Notes: a model not told the origin generated them from the letters alone. A DNA stretch of 6,544 nucleotides from Octopus sinensis (GCF_006345805.1 NW_021829315.1:1-6544); one strand, 5' to 3'. Positions 1 to 6,422 are shown, numbered from the stretch's first letter. Made by a program: numbers and translations.

Positions 1-1409
1 TAGAAAGAATTAGGAAAAAGATCAGGCTTTTTTTTTTCAAATCCTTCAATCTTAAATTAGAATTTATGACCAATACTAAAATAAGTTAAACTTCTTAGAT
101 GTTACGTTAGATTGAATAAGCACCTTCACTACCCGTATAGGAAACCAGAAGAACTACCAAATACATCCATACCTCTTCCAACCATCCACCCCTGTATAAT
201 TAGCACCACGGTCCAAGCCATCTCAGACAGACTGACAAAACTATCCTCTAATAAGAAATTTTCAATAATCATGCACAACACTACAACCAGGCTCTCTATA
301 GTGCCGGGTATAACCAGAGGATATCATATTAGACCACCCGGGAGCGTCCGTCGGCCATAAGACTCCCAATTATAATCGAACTCAGCACTCAACTCACCTA
401 GCGATAATTCTAATTTAAACTCCAAACAACGTATGGGAAATAGGCGAACTAATAGAACAGCACACATAGTAACCCTCCGACGAGAGCAATATAGATCCTA
501 TTAGGAGAAAAGAAGGGATAATAGTAGATTACGCAAATATATATGGTTCAACATACCTTCAACTTAACTTAGCATTAGGGGTAAGTTATGTAATAGAATA
601 TTCTCTATAATTTCCACCAACTTCCCACCCCCCCACAGTATAGAAGTATCTTCTCCAACAAAACCTATAGATTTCCTACTCTACTCTACCCTGCCCAACA
701 TGAGCTGCCTCTCATAGCTAAACATAACTATATTAATATTAGAACAGCTAGATCAAGAGCAAACCATAGCGCGACCAAACAGAACCCCCCCATCCAACAG
801 TAGACAATATAACCAGACTGGCAGCCATACTACCCCAACAGTTAGTAATAACACCCGCCAACACAACAGAGGAAATACTACACCCATCAACAAACCAGAG
901 ATAACCAACGCCCCACTCGTATTGCAACACCTCCGCCCTGGGATTAGCAGTACACGACCGAACAATGCAATGCAATGCAACTGCAGATGTGCATCAGAGT
1001 GCCCGCGCAGGGCGCATGTAGGGCGAAAAACGTAATATACTCATGTGAGGTGAGTACTCAGTTTCATTTTAACACACTCACCTATATTGGTTGCTCAACC
1101 TCCTGGAAATCCAGATACTACAACCACCGTCCTCCTCGCGGAGACACAGACATAAGGCTAACAGTCACGCTCCTCTCTAAAAGAATTTGGGAATTAAAAG
1201 ACAAATGCATAGACTTCAAACTCAGATGGTCCATCATCGGATCAGCTGCACCTTATTTAAATAATAGAGCAGGATGCCAACTATGCTGTGTAGAACTCCT
1301 TAACATCTTGAAATTCAAAGACAAACACAATCTTATTAACAAAAGGTCAGAGTTCAAAACATCCTGTATACATAAAACTATTAATACTTTCAAATACTAC
1401 AATGCTTAG
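1..1409 (+). pseudogene. PLE reverse transcriptase C-terminus/thumb plus GIY-YIG endonuclease, multiply frameshifted
   Basis: Stitching frames gives FKSFNLKLEF..NFLDVTLD (89-112), PYRKP..YIHTSSNHPP (NHPP 180-191), ISDRLTKLSSN..IFNNHAQHYNQALYSAGY, IWFN (541-552), SIFSNKT..YSTLPNM..IAKHN (~645-728), CNCRCASECP (976-1005, frame 1) shifting to QGAC..NVIY (frame 3). These match PLE RT/thumb/linker motifs. Stop at 1407-1409. Confidence 0.9.
1008..1409 (+). pseudogene. GIY-YIG endonuclease domain of the PLE ORF
   Basis: VIY (1032-1040) and YIG (1083-1091), WKSRYYNH with the catalytic Arg, LSKRIWELK, WSI..AAPY, CQLC..E, LINKRSE..CIH. The listed ATG at 975 is an artefact of a 1-nt deletion near 1006. 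A compensating frameshift pair seems present at ~1128-1166. Confidence 0.9.
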
Positions 1410-1482
1410 GTCTTATACCAACTCCCCCATGCAATTTCCTCCCACCCGGTGCAACCTGTCGGCTCCAAGCACATCCCGCTTT

Positions 1483-1622
1483 CCTATATGTGCGTGTATT
1501 GTGTATGTGTGTGTGTGTGTGCGTATGTATGTGCACATACGTGTACGTATGTGTACATATACATATATATTGTACATGTGCGTGTGTGGGGTGTGGGTGT
1601 GGTGTGTGTACGTGCATATAGG
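1483..1622. repeat. Degenerate (TG/TA/CG) purine-pyrimidine alternating tract 1
   Basis: Directly visible RY alternation, GT-rich on the + strand; closed by the inverted repeat 1483-1495/1610-1622. Confidence 0.85.
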
Positions 1623-1899
1623 GTTCCTGCATTTTCCCCTATATATACAAATTTTGTCTCCCATATATGACTTCTTTTCCCTAAATATTTCTTCTCCTAC
1701 ACCCATATCCTCCCTATGTAGTCCTCTTTAATCCCCTATATCTATACCCTTTCACATTTCTAACTCAGATGTTGAACGCACACCGCCAAAACTCCACTTC
1801 CCACCCTTCCAATTTTCCAGTTCCCCCCCCCGCCCCTACGTTTAACACCCACCTCTCTACTTTCAACCACCACCTTATCTCATGTAAACTTTACAAAAT

Positions 1900-2210
1900 T
1901 ATATTTTTAACTTATCTTAGTTATTTTATTTTTATTTTTACTTTTATTTTTACTTTTATCCTACTTCCATTTATTTTTATTTTTATTTTAATTTTATTTT
2001 TACTTTTATTCTACTTCCATTTATTCTCATTTTCATTTTCATCCCTTACCTTAACTCTTATAATTTTAAATAATTCTTATACTTCATTTCTAACTATTAA
2101 ATTGTTTTCTTATTTTATACTGTATTTTTTATTTCTAATCTTTACCCTTACCCTCATTCTTACCCCTAACTTATCGCTTTACACCCTCTATATATGTTTA
2201 TTTCTCTACC
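1900..2210. repeat. G-poor T-rich low-complexity tract with ~6-nt period and an internal 50-nt-period duplication
   Basis: No G on the + strand from 1921 to 2103. Units such as TTTTTA, CTTTTA, CCCTTA. TACTTTTATYCTACTTCCATTTATT occurs at 1951 and 2001. Confidence 0.85.
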
Positions 2211-2245
2211 TATGGATCCACCTTGAATGATACGAAACGAGCGTC

Positions 2246-2720
2246 CGCGTGCGTGTGTAGGACGCATACATACATATGCACGCGCAATACATGCATACTT
2301 CGATATCTTATAGCTATAACCCATTGCGCGTGTGTCTCTGTGTGTGTATATGAGTATATGTGCACGCACATACGGACACACAGCCGTGTGTGCGTGCGCG
2401 TATTGACATGAGTACGGGATTTCTTTACATACGTTCTTATACACATCCTTTAATATCTTATCCTGACCTAGAGCGTGGGCATATACGTGTGTGTATGTAG
2501 TGATGGGCGCGCGTATATACATGTGAGCGTGTACGCGCGTAATGTCCGTGTATATATGCGGATATTCTGTTGTATGTATGTGTGTGTGTACGCGCGTGCG
2601 TGTGGGTGCGTGTGTGTTTATGTACGTGTTTACACGCGAGTGCGTGTGTTTGCTTATAGGCTTGGAGGCGTATATGTACGCGTGTATGTGGGTGTATATA
2701 TCCATGATGATATGTATGTA
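2246..2720. repeat. Degenerate CpG-rich purine-pyrimidine alternating tract 2
   Basis: Long RY runs mixing TG, TA, CG and CA dinucleotides with short interruptions. Confidence 0.85.
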
Positions 2721-2811
2721 CTAGAAGTCCATTTAATTCAAGGAATCAGATTAAATGCTCATCAGCTCTGATTACAACGCATTAAGTCCCCAGACGAAAC
2801 TGTTGATGTAC
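2718..2811 (+). ncRNA. Type III hammerhead ribozyme-like fold with altered core (likely inactive in this copy)
   Basis: GTC 2727-2729; stem I CATTTAAT 2730-2737 / ATTAAATG 2750-2757; core position CTCATCA 2758-2764; stem II G(C)TCTG 2765-2770 / CAGAC 2791-2795; GAAA 2796-2799; stem III AGT/ACT with further imperfect pairs and GTAC/GTAC (2718-2721 / 2808-2811). Confidence 0.55.
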
Positions 2812-2814
2812 TGA

Positions 2815-3145
2815 CAATTCTACAACTAAATTTTTATCAATCTCCTGACCAACATGCTTGGTCCATAACCTCTATACATCCCTTATCTTCATTCTTTTAC
2901 ACTTTTATCATGTTTTTTATCAGGTTTTTTTACTTTTATTTCTATTTCTATTTTTGCTTTATATTTCTTTATCCCCCTTTACATCTACTTACAACCCTTT
3001 ATCCTCTACATTTTTATATTATTCTATACTTACCACTTTTTATACTTTTTTATCCTCGTCCCGAACCTCGCCCCTCCATCTTCACCTCTATATATGTATT
3101 TATTTTATTTACATTACCTCAACATCCATTTTCCTCATTCTACAT
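2815..3145. repeat. Second G-poor pyrimidine/T-rich low-complexity tract
   Basis: Strong depletion of G on the + strand, with TTTTA/TTTCTA-like units similar to the 1900-2210 tract. Confidence 0.7.
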
Positions 3146-3274
3146 TGAGAGAAGAAGGATATGGACGCTTCAACTCTATGCTGCTGCCGCATTATGTCGT
3201 ACGTGAATGAGAGGATTTGCCTCCCCAACCAAGAATTTTTGATGTAACACATGTCCTTGTGGAAGCGGTTGTGC

Positions 3275-3349
3275 GCGGCTGAAGAAGGCCACAGACATAA
3301 TTATGCATTGTTATAAATCTGTCTAATAAAGGCCCGAAATATGTCCCGC
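3275..3349 (+). ncRNA. Minimal type I hammerhead ribozyme (PLE-type)
   Basis: Stem I GCGG 3275-3278 / CCGC 3346-3349; CTGAAGA 3279-3285; stem II GGCC 3287-3290 / GGCC 3331-3334 with a 40-nt insert; CGAAA 3335-3339; vestigial stem III A-TATG-T; cleavage triplet GTC 3343-3345. Minimal type I hammerheads are an established feature of PLE terminal repeats. Confidence 0.85.
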
Positions 3350-3472
3350 TGAATCCTTCGCATCAGTTTTTATTTTATTTGATCATTTATTTACTCCCCA
3401 TTTACTACCCCCACCTACACACCAAACGGTATACACAGGTGTTATAATTATCAAGTACTCACCCCGAATTTC

Positions 3473-3504
3473 TATATATATTATATATATTAATATATAT
3501 ATAT

Positions 3505-3568
<64 letters not shown>

Positions 3569-3577
3569 TTATATATA
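3473..3577. repeat. (TA)n microsatellite, imperfect
   Basis: About 105 nt of TA alternation with a few phase slips. Confidence 0.97.
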
Positions 3578-3703
3578 CAACAGGCTTTCTTTCAGTTTCC
3601 GTCTACAAACCCAGTCACATGGTTTCCCCTCGGTCCAAAGCAGGTGGGACTGACCTGGAACCATGTGGCTGGGAGGCAAGCTTCGTACCACACAGCCACG
3701 TCT
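3578..3703 (-). mobile_element. tRNA-derived SINE fragment (5' head, probable internal deletion)
   Basis: On the minus strand, A box TGGCTGTGTGG (3698-3688), degenerate B box GGTCAGTCCC (3655-3646), then GTAGACGGAAACTGAAAGAAAGCC running into (TA)n, as in an octopus SINE family recalled from memory. Confidence 0.75.
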
Positions 3704-3733
3704 AGAGTCTAAAAGCTGTTGCATATGACGTGC

Positions 3734-3760
3734 TTATTTATTTATTTATTTATTTATTTA
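3734..3760. repeat. (TTTA)n microsatellite
   Basis: About 6.5 perfect units. Confidence 0.95.
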
Positions 3761-3860
3761 AGAACCGGAAGTGCGATCGTTTCAAATCTATGGCCTTTCA
3801 AGTACACTTGATAATGATTCAATGGGGCAGTGCTATCATTCTGTCACTTACAAAAAAAAA

Positions 3861-4198
3861 GTGTACGTATATGTATATATGTAAGTGAACGCAAGTATAT
3901 ATGTTTATATAAGTGCACGCAGTATATATGTACGCATAAATGTATGTATGTATGTATGTATGTATGTATGTATGTATGTATGTATGTATGTGTGTGTATG
4001 TATGTGTGTGCGTATGTGTGTGTCTGTGTGTGTATGTGTGTGTGTATGTGTGTATGTGTGTACGTGTGTGTGTGTTTGTGTGTGTATGTGTGTGTGTCTG
4101 TGTGTCTGTGTGTGTATGTGTGTGTGTATGTGTGTGCGTGTGTGTGTGTCTGTGTGTGTGTGTGTTGTGTGTGTCTGTGTGTGGGGGGTGGGGGGTGG
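3861..4198. repeat. Compound microsatellite: RY-rich lead, (TATG)n, degenerate (TG)n, terminal G-runs
   Basis: (TATG)n ~3940-3990, (TG)n with TA/TC interruptions to ~4182, GGGGGGTGGGGGGTGG at 4183-4198. Confidence 0.95.
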
Positions 4199-4474
4199 AC
4201 AAAGCAACTGACAAGCATATGTGCAGTATTGAGCAGAAAATTTGTTGTAGCCCTTGTTTTACACCAAGACAAAATATATATGCGGTCTGATCAATAAGTA
4301 TCCGGACTGTCACCATAGTAATGAAGCTAACGCACACAGAGTGAAGCCGCTTGAAACATATTGACCTTGAACTCTACTGTGCATTCTCACTACGTTTTAA
4401 CGCTCTAACTTACTTCCGCTGTTTACAGCAGCGCTTGGAAGGAAGGTATGTAGCGCGTGATCGTCGCATTGCCC

Positions 4475-4553
4475 ATGAGAAAGTTGAGCAGAGAATCCAC
4501 ATCAAATTTTGCCAGAAGTTTGGCAATACCTGCTCAGAGGCCTATGCAAAGTT
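4475..4553 (+). pseudogene. Mariner transposase N-terminal fragment (left arm)
   Basis: ATG at 4475, a small deletion, then EKVEQRIHIKFCQKFGNTCSEAYAK, typical of the first mariner HTH region. Confidence 0.85.
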
Positions 4554-4961
4554 TTCAAAATGCTTTCATCATTCTCGACACAATCAAAGAGATTTTGTGC
4601 CACTGAAACCCGAGTGTCCTTTTGGTCAGCCTAAAGCAGTTTTGGCACAAACTTGGCAGACATGCGTCTCATACTCAAATATTTAGTGATAAAGGACTGA
4701 ATTGAACTATAACTAATCTGCACATCCCCTAATAACTCATGGATGGGGATTCGACGATTTCCCCTCAAAGCTGCATGCACGTCTGTGATGTTTTTCTCAG
4801 TTCTGCTGGTTGCAGGTCTCCCAGAACGTTTTTTCGGCCATCCTGGAAACATCTGAACCATTTGTACACTTGTGTGCGGCTTATACACACCTCTCCATAC
4901 ACTTTCTGCAACTTTGTGAAGGCCTCTGAGCAGGTGTCGTCATCACAACTTTCTCTGTCAT
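4547..4961 (-). pseudogene. Mariner transposase DNA-binding region and linker (right arm), truncated before the catalytic domain
   Basis: MTEKV, deletion, DTCSEAFTKLQKVYGEVCISRTQVYKWFRCFQDGR, frameshift, RSGRPATSRT..NRRIPIHEL..ISYSSIQSFI..LSMRRMSAKFVPKLL (WVPHEL-equivalent), then DQKDTRVSVAQNLFDCVENDESILKTL. It stops where the TGDE motif would be expected. Confidence 0.92.
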
Positions 4962-5734
4962 GGCCAATGCGACGATCACACACTACACACCTTCCTTCCA
5001 AGCACTGCTGTAAATAGCGGAAGTGAGCTAGAACGTTAAAACTTAGTGCGTATGCTCAGCAGAGTTCAAAGTCAATCGATGCTAAGCGGCTTTTACTTTC
5101 CGTGATTTAGCTCCGTTACTATGGAAACAGTCTGGATACTTATTGATCAGACCTCGTACATAACACTTCCACTCAGTTAATGAAAGCCACTACCTGGTAC
5201 TGCATCATGGCATTTATTATTTGCTCGGATTTTGGCAGCTGAGGAAGGATCCGAACAAGGGGGACGTGATTGAAAACTTGAGGTCCATGACTCTACTCAA
5301 CACTGAGTTAAATATTTTACCTAAGGGGCTCAATAAGAGGCTGGCGTTTATTGTCGTTAGTGTAGTCGGAACGCACAGACCTGTGCAAACCTCAGTAGAT
5401 CTATCCACCTTATGCGATACATCTTAAAACGTTCCAGGAATACATCTGGCTTTCGAGGGGCACTAATCAATTTGGACAGTCTTTGACAGAATAGCATATT
5501 GCTATGCGATGGCTGTTCTAAAAACTGTCGGTTTCGGTTTCGTTTTCGGAGGCTGGATCAGTACAGTGTATAGTGGCATCTTGTCGGTCGTGAAATTAAA
5601 TGGCCACCTCTCGGGACCTTTAAATATTTAATGCTCGGTTCTCCTCGATTTTTGAGGAAGGTCCAGGTTCTGCTGGTCAGAAAATTCATCTACTATCAAC
5701 ACCCAATCCGTGATGGTCTTGGGATACCATTCTT

Positions 5735-5965
5735 ATTTCTTTATTGCTCACAAGGGGCTAAACATAGAGGGGACAAACAAGGACAGACAAAGGAACTAAG
5801 TCGATTACATCGACCCCAGTGTGTAAGTGGTACTTAATTTATCGATCCTGAAAGGATGAAAGGCAAAGGTGGCCTCGGCGGAATTTGAACTCAGAACGTA
5901 AAGACAGACGAAATACCGCTAAGCATTTCGCCCGGTGTGCTTACGTTTCTGCCAGCTCGCAGCCT
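5735..5965 (-). mobile_element. tRNA-derived SINE, apparently full length, with target-site duplication
   Basis: Minus-strand A box TGGCAGAAACG (5954-5944), B box GAGTTCAAATTCC (5892-5880), central GCCTTTCATCCTTTCAGGATCGATAAATTAAGTACCA resembling a conserved SINE central domain (Meta-like, from memory), and an AATAAAGAAATAAGAA tail. TSD core TACCATTCTT at 5725-5734 and 5974-5983. Confidence 0.9.
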
Positions 5966-6152
5966 TTGTTGGTTACCATTCTTGATGATGCATTGCACGT
6001 GTTGATGCTGAAGCACCTGCAGAAATATCAAAATCAATGCGATGGTGTGATCGACGGCGACCAAAACAAGGTTGAAATGGCATGAACGTCCTTCGCACGT
6101 CACGTCTTTCCACCTCACGTTTCATTGACAGAGCTGCAGTCATGGGTCAATT

Positions 6153-6422
6153 GGAGGTGCATGGCTTAGTGTTTAGGGTGTTGAACTCAGGATCGTAAGA
6201 CTGTGGTTTCGATTCGTGGACCGGGCAACGCATTGTGTTCTTGAGTAGTCCACTCACCTGGCAAAAATGTGTGAATCTGCGTCCCGTGGAGGTAGAGAAT
6301 ATATGCACCGTGAAACCGGGAAACCGGGAAACCGGGAAACCGGGAAACCGGGAAACCGGGAAACCGGGAAACCGGCCCTTATGAATCGGTTTGACTCGAC
6401 AAAGTAACTTTACTTTCACTTT
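6153..6422 (+). mobile_element. tRNA-derived SINE (third family) with degenerate TSD
   Basis: A box TGGCTTAGTGT (6162-6172), B-box-like GGTTTCGATTC (6205-6215), short (ACTTT)-like tail at ~6408-6422. Flanks AGTCATGGGTCAA (6138-6150) and AGCTATGAATCAA (6423-6435) match at 9 of 13 positions. Confidence 0.82.
6312..6375. repeat. Perfect tandem octamer (GAAACCGG)8
   Basis: Eight identical copies counted directly. Confidence 0.98.

Larger units (their letters stand above)
1..3472 (+). mobile_element. Penelope-like retroelement (C-terminal GIY-YIG type, best fit Hydra-like clade), 5' part outside window, decayed copy
   Basis: RT-thumb-linker-GIY-YIG order over 1-1409, then a long non-coding region with a PLE-type minimal hammerhead at 3275-3349, ending at a (TA)n tract. 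The 3' boundary is inferred from the switch to (TA)n. The clade call rests on recalled features (Cys linker, CxxC in the endonuclease, no CCHH) and needs a phylogeny. Confidence 0.75.
4281..5156. mobile_element. Non-autonomous mariner (Tc1/mariner) element composed of two inverted 5' ends
   Basis: TA at 4279-4280 and 5157-5158. Ends TGCGGTCTGATCAATAAGTATCCGGACTGT and (reverse complement) CGAGGTCTGATCAATAAGTATCCAGACTGT. Inverted homology runs 4281-4553 vs 4910-5156 and includes the transposase start on both arms. Confidence 0.92.

Noticed and set aside
748-980. Minus-strand ORFs 748-975 and 753-980
   Set aside because: Antisense shadows of the A/C-rich PLE linker with no recognisable motifs.
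1390-2771. His/Thr- and Val/Cys-rich ORFs on both strands
   Set aside because: Translations of RY dinucleotide tracts, which rarely contain stop codons.
2721-2800. Minus-strand hammerhead using the canonical CTGATGAG at 2765-2758
   Set aside because: An 8-bp stem follows the core, but it is followed by GAC rather than CGAAA and stem I is out of register. The + strand reading fits better.
2762-2814. Alternative type I hammerhead using CTGATTA (2768-2774), GTC-CCCA-GAC and a GTA cleavage site
   Set aside because: It needs a G8 substitution, an 11-nt insertion before stem II and a 2-nt offset of stem I, so it is less parsimonious than the type III reading.
1769-3206. Hydrophobic F/I/L-rich ORFs (1769-2230, 2858-3148, 2910-3206) resembling membrane proteins
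   Set aside because: Artefacts of T-rich, G-poor low-complexity sequence.
3200-3246. SECIS-like ATGA...GA hairpin
   Set aside because: No apical AA at the expected spacing, the helix is short and mostly G-U, and the GIY-YIG reading frame shows no in-frame TGA at its Cys positions.
3764-3810. Minus-strand GAAACGATCG palindrome flanked by AAGTG/CACTT, and an ETS-like ACCGGAAGTG on the + strand
   Set aside because: No CTGANGA, stem II or UH triplet for a hammerhead; a single short transcription-factor word is not evidence of function.
3819-4337. Six overlapping ORFs of 100-172 aa
   Set aside because: All are translations of the (TATG)n/(TG)n microsatellite.
5870-6220. tRNA genes at the A/B boxes
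   Set aside because: No cloverleaf is evident; the boxes are followed by SINE bodies, tails and TSDs.
6147-6419. ORF with FPGFPVSR repeats, or a CRISPR-like array
   Set aside because: It is a translation of the octamer array; there are no spacers and the context is eukaryotic.
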